The notes: generated from the sequence alone by a model not told the origin. Numbered from the stretch's first letter, positions 48,600 to 58,001 are shown. The stretch is DNA of 64,000 bases from Verrucomicrobiota bacterium (GCA_030834415.1 JAURFH010000001.1:2951-66950); one strand, 5' to 3'. Numbers and translations: made by a program.

Positions 48600-49736
48600 A
48601 TGAAAAAGAGTGCAGCGAGTAAGCAATCAGACCGTTACGTCATCATCATGGCGGGCGGACGCGGTGAACGCTTTTGGCCAGTCAGCCGGGAGAAGACTCC
48701 GAAGCAGTTGATCACTCTCTTGGGCAAACGCTCATTTTTGCAGCAGACAGTAGACCGCGTGCTTGAGCTCGTTCCACTCAAGAACATCATCATCATCACC
48801 AATTCGACCCAAGCGCCGGAAGTCCAGAAGCAACTGCCGAAGCTACCTAAGGAAAACATCATTGCCGAGCCCATCGGACGTGATACCTGTGCGGCCGTGA
48901 CACTTGGGGCAGCCATCGTTGGTGCCCGTTCCACCACAGCCACCATGGCCGTGCTGCCAGCGGATCATGTCATCCCTCAGGAGAAGAAATTCCAGCAGGT
49001 GCTTGCTGATTGCTTTGATTTGGCCTCACGCGGTCAGGCCATTGTCACTATCGGCATCAAACCGACTGAGCCAGCTACGGGGTATGGTTACATCCACGTA
49101 GGTGAACCATTGCCACCGCCGCATGGAGTGAAGAATTACAAGAGCACCTTTTTCAGAGCGGAAAAGTTTGTTGAAAAACCGAATCTCGATAAGGCCTTGG
49201 AGTATTTGAACAGCGGGCATTACCGATGGAATGCTGGCATGTTCATCTGGTCCTTTGTAACTATCACCGAGGCGCTGCAGAAGCATCAGCCGGAAATGCT
49301 GGCGGCGTGCCATCGCTGGTTTGATGCTGCGAAGTCTCCCGCCAAACTCAAAAAAGTTTTAGCCAAGGAGTATCCAGAGATCAAAAAGATCTCTATCGAC
49401 TTCGCGCTGATGGAGAAAGCGCACAACGTCGTGGTGGCGGATGGCTCCTTTGCCTGGGATGACCTCGGTGCCTGGCCTGCCTTGGCTCATCACCTCAAGC
49501 CGGATGCTGAAGGAAATTGCGCAGTGGGCGACTTCATTCATGTCGATGCCGCACGCAATGTCATTTACGACGCACGCACTAAAAACCGCACGCCCATTTG
49601 TTTGGTAGGCTTGAAAGACTCCATCGTCGCGCAAACCGACGATGCCACGCTTGTCGCCCACAAATCCCAAGCCCAAAAGATCAAAGAGCTGGTCAAGAAG
49701 CTCTCGGAAGACCCTAAACTGAAGAAACTGGTCTAA
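48600..49736 (+). CDS. Mannose-1-phosphate guanylyltransferase (nucleotidyltransferase domain only)
   Basis: 378 aa with IIMAGGRGERFWPVSR, EPIGRDTCAA, LPADH, TGYGYI and WNAGMFIW. Confidence 0.88.
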   Translation: MKKSAASKQSDRYVIIMAGGRGERFWPVSREKTPKQLITLLGKRSFLQQTVDRVLELVPLKNIIIITNSTQAPEVQKQLPKLPKENIIAEPIGRDTCAAVTLGAAIVGARSTTATMAVLPADHVIPQEKKFQQVLADCFDLASRGQAIVTIGIKPTEPATGYGYIHVGEPLPPPHGVKNYKSTFFRAEKFVEKPNLDKALEYLNSGHYRWNAGMFIWSFVTITEALQKHQPEMLAACHRWFDAAKSPAKLKKVLAKEYPEIKKISIDFALMEKAHNVVVADGSFAWDDLGAWPALAHHLKPDAEGNCAVGDFIHVDAARNVIYDARTKNRTPICLVGLKDSIVAQTDDATLVAHKSQAQKIKELVKKLSEDPKLKKLV

Positions 49737-50016
49737 GTTTTGCCGTGCATCCGTGTCGGATCGCACACATAAGCAAATCGTTTAGTTTTTACATCCCCCT
49801 TCGGATCCTTCTCTTTTTTGAAGATTTGGTCCCAGTAAAAGTGACGAATGCGCCACTGCCTTCGGCAGTGGATTTGGCACCCCTTCGAAGCCAAAGAAAT
49901 TAGATTGAGCATCCTAAACCTCTCCAGCGTCCAAGCACGTGTGTGACAATGCTTTCAACAACAAACGATAAACTTTGAACTAGAATCCCTCAAGTTCCCT
50001 ATTATCCTTCGCCCTT

Positions 50017-53000
50017 ATGTTCCGTAGATTTATTGCGTTAACTGCTATTTTTGCATCCTTGTATTGCGTTTTCACGCCCGTTCAGGCCGCTGAAAACGAA
50101 GCTGCCCGCCAAGGCCCCAAGGTCATGCCCGCCTCGGATGAGGGCGTGAATGCCATGAAAGGCTTCCAGCTCCCTACCGGATTCAAGGTGGAGTTGGCCG
50201 CTGCAGAACCGCTCTTCGCCAATCCGGTTTCCTTCACCATCGATGAGCAGGGCCGTTTCTACGTGGCCGAGACATTCCGCTTCAATGCGGGCGTGCTCGA
50301 CATTCGCGGCATCATGCACTGGCTGGATGAGGAACTGGCTTCCAAGTCCGTAGCCGAGCGCATCGCCTACACCCGCCGTCACGCCGGTGAAAAAGGCGAG
50401 AAGCCATTGAACTGGTTCACGGATAATGAGGACCGCATCTCCATCGTTTGGGACAGCAACGGCGATGGTGTTGCTGAGACCTCGTCCGTCCTCTCCACTT
50501 TCCATGAAGAAGCGGATGGCGTCGGCTCTGGTCTGCTGGTGCGCAAAGGAAAAGTCTGGTACACCAACATCCCCCATCTCTGGCAACTCGAAGACAAGGA
50601 TGGTGACGGTAAAGCCGATGTGAAGAAAAGCCTGAGCTACGGTTACGGCGTACGTTTCGGCTTCCTCGGCCATGACAGCCATGGTCTGCGTATCGGACCA
50701 GACGGCCGTCTCTACTACTCCATCGGTGATCGTGGCGCCCACATCGAACTGCCGAACGGCAAGGTCGTGGAGAATCTGGAAGAAGGCGCGATCTATCGCT
50801 GCGAATTGGACGGCTCCGGTTTGGAAATCTTCCATCGCGGGTTGCGCAACCCACAGGAGCTTGTCTTCGATGACATGGGCAACCTCTGGACCTGCGACAA
50901 TAACTCGGATGCCGGCGATCCGGCCCGGGTCGTATTCGCGGCCGAAGACGGCGACAGCGGCTGGCGGATCGGTTGGCAGTTCATCGAACGCCCTATGCGA
51001 CGCGGTTCCTGGTTGGGCGAGCGTCTCTGCTATGAATACTTCAAGGATCGCGCCGCCTACACGGTGCCGCCGGTCTCCAGCAAAGTAGGTAATGGCCCCA
51101 GCGGCTTGACCTATGATCCGGGTATTGCTCTCCCTGAAGAATGGCGTGGGCGCTTCTTCCTCGCGAACTTCAGTGGCAACCCGAACAGCGGCATTTATAG
51201 CTTTGCCGTGCAGCCGGAAGGGGCTGGTTTCTCCCTGAAGGACAACAAGAAGTTCTGGTGGAGCTTCCTGCCCACAGACATCGAGTTCGGCTATGATGGC
51301 TCTATCTATGCTACGGACTGGGTGAATGGCTGGAGCGGTCTGGGTAAGGGTCGCATCTATCGTCTTTCCTATCCGGAAGAGAGCCAAAAGCCGGTAGCCG
51401 CCGAAGTAAAAAAGCTATTCGCCGAAGGTTTCGACAAGCATCCCAAGGATGAGTTGGTGAAGTTTATCGCCCACCAAGATCAGCGCGTGCGCCAGGAGGC
51501 GCAGTTCGCCTTGGTAGATAAGAAGGCGGAAAAAGAGCTGACTCGAGTCGCTGCCGCTGGCCCCACGCTTCATGCTCGTCTGCATGCCATCTGGGGTCTC
51601 GGTCAACTCGCCCGTCAGGGACGTTCAGTGGAACTGACTCCTCTGCTCCTCGACAAGGAAATGGAAGTAAGGGCGCAAACTTTGAAGATCATCGCCGATG
51701 CTAAGCTGACCAAGTATCAGCGTGCGGTCGTCAACGCGCTCTCAGACAAGGAAGCTCGCGTTCGTTATTTTGCCGGAATTGCGGCAGGCAAACTGGGCAA
51801 CAAAGACAGCGTTCCCGCCCTGCTCGCCATGCTGAAAGCGAATGATGACAAAGATCCTTGGGTGCGTAATGCTGGCGTATTGGGCCTGGTCGGTTGCGCC
51901 AAGGTGTCGGAACTGGCCGCACTTTCCACTGACAGCTCAGCTGCTATCCGATTGGCGGCCACAGTTGCATTGCGTCGCAATGCCTCCCCTGAGCTCGCTC
52001 GTTACTTAGCGGACAAAGATCCACGTGTGGTCGCGGAAGCCGCCCGAGCTATCAATGACCTACCGGTGGTTGCCGCTCTCCCAGCCCTCGCCGGCTTGAC
52101 CAGTCGCGCCAGCGCATTTGCCGCCATGCCTGCCGGCAGCAACACGGAACCGACTCCGCGCGATGCCATCCTGCGCCGGATCATCAATGCCAACTTCCGC
52201 TTGGGTGCGGCAGCCAATGCCGATGCGCTCAGTAAACTTGCAGGTGATGACAATCTTCCCGAGAACATACGCATCGAAGCACTGACTCAATTGGGCAACT
52301 GGGCCGAACCGAGCGGCCGCGACCAAGTGAGCGGCTTGTGGCGCCCCTTGCCGAAGCGCGCTACCCCGGATGCTTCCCAACTGGAACCCATGGCAGCCAA
52401 GCTGATCACAAGCCAGTCTTCGGCCATCACCAAGATCGCCTTGCTAGAGACTGCCGAGTCATTGGATTGGAAATCCTTGAGTGATCCGGCTTTCACCCTC
52501 GTCGGCGATCAAGAGGCTGATAAAAAACTGCGCGTCGCTGCCCTGAAATACATGGGCAGCACCAAGTCGCCCAAGTTGGCTGAAGCCGTACAGCTAGCCA
52601 GTCAGGACAAAGCCTCTGAACTGCGCACAGCCGCTACCAAATTGGCGGCATACGTCAGCACTGGCGCCGGAGCGGTCGCAACTCTGGCGAACACCTTGAA
52701 GAATGGTGGAACCAGCGAGAAGCAGGCCGCTCTCGCCACCGTATCCACCATCGCTGGCAAAGAAGCCGCTGCGCTCTTAAACCAATGGCTGGACAATCTG
52801 ATCGAAGGCAAAGTTAGTAAAGATCTACAGCTCGACTTGCTGGAAGCAGCGACCAAACGCCCCGAAGCCGAAATCAAAGACCGTTTGGCCAAATTCGAGA
52901 AGGCACGCCCAGATGCAGGCGGCCTTGGCGCTTACGCAGAATGCCTCTTGGGTGGTGACAAAGACGCAGGCCGCAAAGTCTTCGTGGAGAAACTTGAAGT

Positions 53001-53382
53001 CTCCTGCATCCGTTGCCATCGGGTGCAAGGTGCTGAAGGCGGCGATGCCGGCCCGAACTTGGGCGATATCGGCAAGCGTCATGACCGCCAATACATCCTC
53101 GAGTCCATCATCTTCCCGAACAAGGTGGTGGCCCCAGGTTTTGAGAACGTCACGGTGAACTTGAAGAATGGCCGTAACTATCTGGGGGTGGTCAAGGAAG
53201 AAACGGCTGACACTCTCTCCATGATCGTGAATGAAGACGGCTTCATGGAGCTGGTAAAAATCAAGAAGGTTGAGATCGCCAACCGTGCCAAAGGCCTCTC
53301 CGGCATGCCGGATACGGTCAAAGACTTGATGACCAAACGCGAGATTCGGGATTTGGTGGAATTCCTGTCCAACCAGAAGTAA
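50017..53382 (+). CDS. PVC-type 'membrane-bound dehydrogenase' domain / HEAT-repeat / C-terminal CxxCH haem-binding protein
   Basis: 1121 aa with a signal peptide. N-terminal FKVELAAAEPLFANPVSFTIDEQGRFYVAE, propeller-like GLRNPQELVFDDMGNLW, a central HEAT/armadillo-like Ala/Leu-rich repeat region, and C-terminal CIRCH with PDLxxIG-type context. Confidence 0.82.
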   Translation: MFRRFIALTAIFASLYCVFTPVQAAENEAARQGPKVMPASDEGVNAMKGFQLPTGFKVELAAAEPLFANPVSFTIDEQGRFYVAETFRFNAGVLDIRGIMHWLDEELASKSVAERIAYTRRHAGEKGEKPLNWFTDNEDRISIVWDSNGDGVAETSSVLSTFHEEADGVGSGLLVRKGKVWYTNIPHLWQLEDKDGDGKADVKKSLSYGYGVRFGFLGHDSHGLRIGPDGRLYYSIGDRGAHIELPNGKVVENLEEGAIYRCELDGSGLEIFHRGLRNPQELVFDDMGNLWTCDNNSDAGDPARVVFAAEDGDSGWRIGWQFIERPMRRGSWLGERLCYEYFKDRAAYTVPPVSSKVGNGPSGLTYDPGIALPEEWRGRFFLANFSGNPNSGIYSFAVQPEGAGFSLKDNKKFWWSFLPTDIEFGYDGSIYATDWVNGWSGLGKGRIYRLSYPEESQKPVAAEVKKLFAEGFDKHPKDELVKFIAHQDQRVRQEAQFALVDKKAEKELTRVAAAGPTLHARLHAIWGLGQLARQGRSVELTPLLLDKEMEVRAQTLKIIADAKLTKYQRAVVNALSDKEARVRYFAGIAAGKLGNKDSVPALLAMLKANDDKDPWVRNAGVLGLVGCAKVSELAALSTDSSAAIRLAATVALRRNASPELARYLADKDPRVVAEAARAINDLPVVAALPALAGLTSRASAFAAMPAGSNTEPTPRDAILRRIINANFRLGAAANADALSKLAGDDNLPENIRIEALTQLGNWAEPSGRDQVSGLWRPLPKRATPDASQLEPMAAKLITSQSSAITKIALLETAESLDWKSLSDPAFTLVGDQEADKKLRVAALKYMGSTKSPKLAEAVQLASQDKASELRTAATKLAAYVSTGAGAVATLANTLKNGGTSEKQAALATVSTIAGKEAAALLNQWLDNLIEGKVSKDLQLDLLEAATKRPEAEIKDRLAKFEKARPDAGGLGAYAECLLGGDKDAGRKVFVEKLEVSCIRCHRVQGAEGGDAGPNLGDIGKRHDRQYILESIIFPNKVVAPGFENVTVNLKNGRNYLGVVKEETADTLSMIVNEDGFMELVKIKKVEIANRAKGLSGMPDTVKDLMTKREIRDLVEFLSNQK

Positions 53383-53401
53383 TACCGTTCAACTCCCCTC
53401 A

Positions 53402-53437
53402 GCCCGGCTTGATTTAATCAGGCCGGGCCTTTTGTTT
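53402..53437 (+). terminator. Rho-independent terminator
   Basis: GCCCGGCTT (53402-53410) pairs with AGGCCGGGC (53420-53428), including one G-T pair, followed by CTTTTGTTT. It lies 20 nt after the stop at 53382. Confidence 0.7.
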
Positions 53438-53492
53438 ATGAAGTTATCTCGGCGGAAAACAAGACAGGCAAAGGTTTGCGGTGGTGAAAAAG

Positions 53493-55106
53493 TTACTTTT
53501 TTACCGGACGGCCAGTGACAAAAAAAGTACTCACCCGGTCTTTCCCCACAGTCACCGGCTTCTCTCCCGGCTTGAACAGATACTTTTCCTGCAAGAGGTC
53601 ATACAAACCTGCATTGACCTGAATACCACCAGCCGGGGCAGTGGCTTCCAATTCGCGGGCGATGTTGACCGTCTGTCCCCAGAGATAATAGAGAAACTTT
53701 TTACGTCCCACGATACCCGCCATCACCGGGCCGGTGCAAACGCCCACTCTCACCTTAAAATCGACACCATTGCGGCTGTTGAAACGGTTTGTGATGCGCA
53801 GCATCTCCATGGCCACTTCGACGGCCGCCGCATGATGATCTTCACGTGGCGAGGGCACCCCGGCTACCGCCATATAGGAATCTCCGACTGTCCGGATGCG
53901 TTCCATGGCGTGCATATCCACCAACCAGTCAAATCCGGAAAAGATGTCGTTGAGTAATTGCACCATACGTTCCGCCGGGAATTGCCGGGAGAGATGCTCA
54001 AAATCTACGATATCGGCAAACAACACCGTTGCTTCATCGAAGGTGTCGGCGATGGTGGTTTCGCCATTCTTCAAACGCTCAGCAATCGCCTTGGGCAGGA
54101 TGCAATGCAGCAGCCGGTCTGATTTCTCCCGCTCGACCTGGAGTTCGGCCGTATGTGCCTGCTCACTGTCACGCAGGCGTTTCTTTTCCAACGATGCGGA
54201 AATGCGGGCTTTGAGCAGGACTGGATTGAACGGTTTGGGCAGATAATCCTCAGCACCGGCCTCGATGCAGTTCACCGCTGCATCGACCTCATCCATTGCA
54301 GAAATCATGATTACCGGCAGATGCCGCAATCTCATGTCCGTTTTGATCTGCTTCAACGTCTCAAACCCGTTCATAACCGGCATCAGCACATCCAGAAGGA
54401 TCAGGTCGAAATCATCAGTTTGCAACATGCTCAATCCTTCGAGGCCGTTTTCCGCTTCTATGACCTTGTGGCCGAGGCGTTCCAGGCGACGGCCCAGCAT
54501 ATTGCGGTTCATCTCATTGTCATCAATGAGCAGGATGCGTCCATTGCCCGAACCCTCAGCATCGACTTTTCTAAGAAAACTTGTGCTGCGGCCCAAGGTT
54601 GCATCTGCCGAGCCACCAGGCAGATTATGTCGGCTGGTAGTATTGATCTGCGCTGGAAAAGTCTGGCTGTTGAACATAGTCAACAGGTTGTGGGCAGCAG
54701 CAGTGATCTTTTGCAAATCGGCGGTGATGCGCAAATTACCCGAATCATCCATCATCTCCTGACTCAATTCTGCATAGCCTATGATCAGGTTAAGCGGGGT
54801 TCTCATCTCCAACCGCATGCTGTCCAGGTCTACGCGGCCGGTCTCCAGTTTCCAAGGGGCCAAACCCTCATTGATGAGGGCCAAGAGCTGGCCGCCGGCG
54901 GTGTGGATTTTCTGCAGGTCAGGCAGCAAATGCTCTTGCCCCAAATCCGAGAGGTCTTCTTGAAGCATCTCACAATAGCCAATGATTTGATTGAGCGGCG
55001 TGCGCAGACTGTGCCGCACACCTGATAGCACATCTGTTTCACCCAGTTGATGATCCACCTCAACCGACGGCAACTCATCTGGCTTGCTGGAACTCGAGTC
55101 TGACAT
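53493..55106 (-). CDS. Tandem DHp(HisKA-like, no ATPase)-receiver-class III nucleotidyl cyclase
   Basis: 537 aa. Residues about 25-80 are LSGVRHSLRTPLNQIIGYCEML (His32). Residues about 92-148 are LDSMRLEMRTPLNLIIGYAELS, with Leu99 at the His position. The receiver has ILLIDDNEMN and phosphoacceptor D239 in LILLDVLMP, then KP at 291. The cyclase has VLFADIVDF, RIRTVGDSYMAVAG and FLYYLWGQTVNIAREL. No HATPase_c N/G boxes are present. Confidence 0.85.
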   Translation of the reverse strand: MSDSSSSKPDELPSVEVDHQLGETDVLSGVRHSLRTPLNQIIGYCEMLQEDLSDLGQEHLLPDLQKIHTAGGQLLALINEGLAPWKLETGRVDLDSMRLEMRTPLNLIIGYAELSQEMMDDSGNLRITADLQKITAAAHNLLTMFNSQTFPAQINTTSRHNLPGGSADATLGRSTSFLRKVDAEGSGNGRILLIDDNEMNRNMLGRRLERLGHKVIEAENGLEGLSMLQTDDFDLILLDVLMPVMNGFETLKQIKTDMRLRHLPVIMISAMDEVDAAVNCIEAGAEDYLPKPFNPVLLKARISASLEKKRLRDSEQAHTAELQVEREKSDRLLHCILPKAIAERLKNGETTIADTFDEATVLFADIVDFEHLSRQFPAERMVQLLNDIFSGFDWLVDMHAMERIRTVGDSYMAVAGVPSPREDHHAAAVEVAMEMLRITNRFNSRNGVDFKVRVGVCTGPVMAGIVGRKKFLYYLWGQTVNIARELEATAPAGGIQVNAGLYDLLQEKYLFKPGEKPVTVGKDRVSTFFVTGRPVKK

Positions 55107-55142
55107 ATAGCAACACTACGCTAAGCAGTCTTCAGGATTGAT

Positions 55143-55511
55143 CTAATTCTTTTTTAACAACGCCTCCACTTTTTCCAGCAGTCGGGTTAGCTCGATGGGC
55201 TTGGTGTCATAATCATCACAACCGGCTTCGATTGCCTTCTCCCGGTCACCTGCCATGGCATGCGCAGTAAGGGCGATCACAGGTATCTTCTGCGTCACTG
55301 GAAAAGACTTCAACAGCTTGGTGGCTTCCCATCCATCCAACACTGGCAAACTCATATCCATAAGGATCAGGTCCGGGTTCTCACTTTGCGCTTTGGCAAC
55401 TCCTTCATTGCCATCCACAGCCATCACGACTTCATAGCCGCGTCGTTCCAAACGCCGGGAAAGCATGTCCCGGTTCATCTCGTTGTCTTCAACTAAAAGT
55501 ATCTTGGCCAT
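55143..55511 (-). CDS. Single-domain CheY-like response regulator
   Basis: 122 aa with KILLVEDNEMN, LILMDMSLPVLDG, IALTAHA and DYDTKP. Confidence 0.92.
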   Translation of the reverse strand: MAKILLVEDNEMNRDMLSRRLERRGYEVVMAVDGNEGVAKAQSENPDLILMDMSLPVLDGWEATKLLKSFPVTQKIPVIALTAHAMAGDREKAIEAGCDDYDTKPIELTRLLEKVEALLKKN

Positions 55512-55535
55512 AATGTGTTCCTTGAAAGTTGCCCG

Positions 55536-57251
55536 CTATTTTTCCCCGCTTTTGGCGGCGCCCGACTCGATAAAGGAGCTGACCAATTGTCTTACATCCG
55601 CCATCAGTTGCTCCTGCTCATAGCTGCCTTTGCGCATGATCTTGGTGACATTTCCATTGAGGCGCTTGTAATCATTGGCGGTCAATTCCATCGCGGTGAT
55701 TACCACGACCGGGATGTCCTTCCATTCTGTCACCTCCCGCAAGTGTGATACAAACTCAAAGCCGTCCATCTCCGGCATCATCAAGTCTAAGAGAATCAAA
55801 GAGGGACGTCTCTCAGCAATCATCGCAAGTGCTTCCTGACCATTTGCAGCATCCATCACAGACCAGCCATCACGCTCCAACAGAACGCGCATGAACTGTC
55901 TGATACCCTCCTCATCCTCGACAACCAGAACCAAAGATTCATCAGAGAATCGACGGTATTTACGCAACAATCCGGAGAGTTTATCCCGATTGATGGGTTT
56001 GGTGAGATAGTCGGCCGCCCCCAAAGCAAAGCCCATGTGCTTGTCCTCGATCATCGAGAGCATGACAACTGGTATCTCGCTTAGTACGGAATCATTTTTC
56101 AGAGAGGATAAAACATTCCACCCATCCATCTCGGGCATCATCACGTCCAAAATGATTACATCCGGCTTGATTTCACGGGCTACCTGCAACCCTTCCCGCC
56201 CTGACTGGACACCGTTGACTGTGAAGCCCTGCCGCTGGAGCAAACGTTTGAGCAAATCATGGATAGTGGGATCATCATCAATCACCAGAACACTGCCTGC
56301 TGTAGCCTCCACCATGGTGGAGTCCGACTTGGAAGTTGAGGAAACAATACCTACGTCGGGCGTATCTGTCCCAACTCGAGCTGGCAAACGGATGGTGAAG
56401 GTCGAACCCTTTTTAAACTCGCTGGCCACAGTGGTATCCCCCCCCATCATGCGGGAGAAATACCGGGTAATAGCCAAGCCTAGACCTGTGCCGCCAAATT
56501 TTTTGGTTGTACCAGCATCAGCCTGCACGAAAGCTTGGAACAAGCGGTCCATTTGTTCCTGGGTCATACCGATTCCAGTATCACTTACCTTAAAAGACAT
56601 CCATTCACTTCCGTCCGGTTTCCCCCGCGCAACCTCCAAGGTGATGGTGCCCTCACTGGTGAATTTGGAAGCATTGCTCAGGAGGTTGAAAAGCCCCTGA
56701 CGAAGTTTCGTCACATCGGCATACATCGTGCCGATTTCCGGGGGGCAAATCACCTTCAGCTTGTTCGAGTTTTTGGCCACCAACGGAGTGATCGTATTGG
56801 AAACCTCCTTGATGAGTTGGGCGACATCAAAGGTTTCCAGATAAAGATCCATCTTGCCGGACTCGATCTTGGATATGTCGAGCACATCATTTATCAGCCC
56901 TAACAGGTGTTTCCCGGCGGAGTGAACTTTGTTCAAGTCATCGACAAAGGATTTTTCCCCCAAATCCTCCGCTTCCTCCTTGAGCATCTCGCTGTAACCA
57001 ATGATTGCATTCAGAGGAGTGCGCAGCTCATGGCTCATGTTAGCCAAGAAGGCACTCTTGGTCTGATTGGCCACTTCCGCTGCTTCCCGTGCATCTTCGG
57101 CATCACGCGTAGCCTGGCTGAGGGCGGCGGTGCGCTCTTCCACCCGTTGTTCGAGCAATGCATTGGCTTCCTCAGCCCGTTTGTTCGCCGCCTGTAACTC
57201 AGCATCTCTTTGCTGAATATCTGCCAGCATGCGGTTGAACGCCTCGATCAT
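55536..57251 (-). CDS. Hybrid sensor histidine kinase, C-terminal portion (end of HAMP, HisKA, HATPase_c, two receivers)
   Basis: 571 aa as listed in the track. H-box [19 protein letters not shown]-box [13 protein letters not shown]1 DTGIGM and G2 GGTGLGLAI. The receivers carry VLVIDDD...[12 protein letters not shown] and VLVVEDE...[12 protein letters not shown]. The same frame stays open and HAMP-like upstream to about 57353. Confidence 0.88.
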   Translation of the reverse strand: MIEAFNRMLADIQQRDAELQAANKRAEEANALLEQRVEERTAALSQATRDAEDAREAAEVANQTKSAFLANMSHELRTPLNAIIGYSEMLKEEAEDLGEKSFVDDLNKVHSAGKHLLGLINDVLDISKIESGKMDLYLETFDVAQLIKEVSNTITPLVAKNSNKLKVICPPEIGTMYADVTKLRQGLFNLLSNASKFTSEGTITLEVARGKPDGSEWMSFKVSDTGIGMTQEQMDRLFQAFVQADAGTTKKFGGTGLGLAITRYFSRMMGGDTTVASEFKKGSTFTIRLPARVGTDTPDVGIVSSTSKSDSTMVEATAGSVLVIDDDPTIHDLLKRLLQRQGFTVNGVQSGREGLQVAREIKPDVIILDVMMPEMDGWNVLSSLKNDSVLSEIPVVMLSMIEDKHMGFALGAADYLTKPINRDKLSGLLRKYRRFSDESLVLVVEDEEGIRQFMRVLLERDGWSVMDAANGQEALAMIAERRPSLILLDLMMPEMDGFEFVSHLREVTEWKDIPVVVITAMELTANDYKRLNGNVTKIMRKGSYEQEQLMADVRQLVSSFIESGAAKSGEK

Positions 57252-57901
57252 CTGCCCAATCTCATCCTCACTGGTCTTGCGGGCGCGGACCGAATAATCA
57301 CGATTCGTCGATACTGTCTTGGCGGTGCCAGCAAGCTCAAGGATGGGACTGGAATGATGCGTTGGAGACGAAACGAAAACAGCAAAGCCATCAAGCAGGC
57401 GATCAGCGATGATACCACGAGAATCTTGGCGTACTGGGCCAGGCGATCGGAAAAGCGCTCACTCAGATCCGCCTTAAGATAAACCGTACCAAGTTGCTTG
57501 CCGTTGTAAACGACAGGTTCAAAAAGATAGAGGGCCTTGTCATCAAACCGGTAGCGTACTTTGGATGGCTCACGGGGTAAAAACTCATTGCCTTGTGCCG
57601 GGATATACTTGGCTATGAGTTCATTATCCATGCCATAAAGACACGCGGCCAAGACGCTTGGATCGTTGCGCAGATACTCGAAAGGATTACGGTCTTTCTG
57701 GTCGCCCGTTTTCTGCAAAAGGACGAGGGTACTGTTGCCCTTTGCCAGCTCGGCGATAGACCCCAGCTTCTGCACCTTGTCCTGACGAAAGGTGTATTCC
57801 TCGTAACCAACAATCGCTGTGCACGCGATAAGCAAGGTGATGACACTGGTCATCATGTTGACCATGGTCACCTTCCACTGGAATGGCAATCGCTTGAACA
57901 T
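57248..57901 (-). CDS. N-terminal sensor fragment of the same histidine kinase (TM1, periplasmic domain, TM2), separated by a frameshift
   Basis: Start probably ATG 57901 ([31 protein letters not shown]); the track uses GTG 57937. A periplasmic segment of about 130 aa is followed by TM2, [24 protein letters not shown]. After 57353 the frame yields non-homologous Pro/Arg-rich residues up to a stop at 57248. Confidence 0.7.
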   Translation of the reverse strand: MFKRLPFQWKVTMVNMMTSVITLLIACTAIVGYEEYTFRQDKVQKLGSIAELAKGNSTLVLLQKTGDQKDRNPFEYLRNDPSVLAACLYGMDNELIAKYIPAQGNEFLPREPSKVRYRFDDKALYLFEPVVYNGKQLGTVYLKADLSERFSDRLAQYAKILVVSSLIACLMALLFSFRLQRIIPVPSLSLLAPPRQYRRIVIIRSAPARPVRMRLGR

Positions 57902-57988
57902 ACTGTTTGGCGCTACTCCAAACGAGTCGTCGCGCACGGCGGTAAGCTGCTTTTTAATCCCGTTAAGGATTAAATCTCTGAAATCTCA

Positions 57989-58001
57989 AAATGAATCATT
58001 T
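57989..58001. promoter_or_regulatory. Perfect 13-bp palindrome AAATGAATCATTT in an AT-rich divergent promoter region
   Basis: The arms are 6+1+6 and perfect. The palindrome overlaps a 14-nt motif, TGAATCATTTGCCT (57992-58005), that recurs as TGAATGATTTGCCT at 58179-58192. It sits between the divergent kinase operon and the macro-domain gene. Confidence 0.35.

Noticed and set aside
50038-51387. 449-aa ORF antisense to the 1121-aa haem-protein gene, the longest unexplained ORF in the track
   Set aside because: Its codons are exactly aligned with the sense codons. An antisense stop would therefore need sense TTA, CTA or TCA, which this GC3-rich gene simply avoids. The translation is Ala/Gly/Arg/Val-rich with no motif I recognise, while the sense strand has a strong family signature. 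I treat it as a shadow ORF.
54153-55025. 290-aa ORF antisense to the DHp-REC-cyclase gene, with similar antisense ORFs at 17129-17797, 17981-18649, 33375-34121 and 37283-37846
   Set aside because: All lie opposite genes with strong family motifs and have His/Arg/Gln-rich, non-protein-like composition. This is typical antisense openness in a moderately GC-rich genome.
53493-57937. Calling the kinase, receiver and receiver-effector trio a Detocs-type antiphage system
   Set aside because: The kinase has a TM/periplasmic sensor rather than a cytoplasmic phage-sensing domain. The effector is a cyclase with no toxic effector nearby. The surroundings are housekeeping genes with no defence-island context. 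I kept it only as an architectural analogy.
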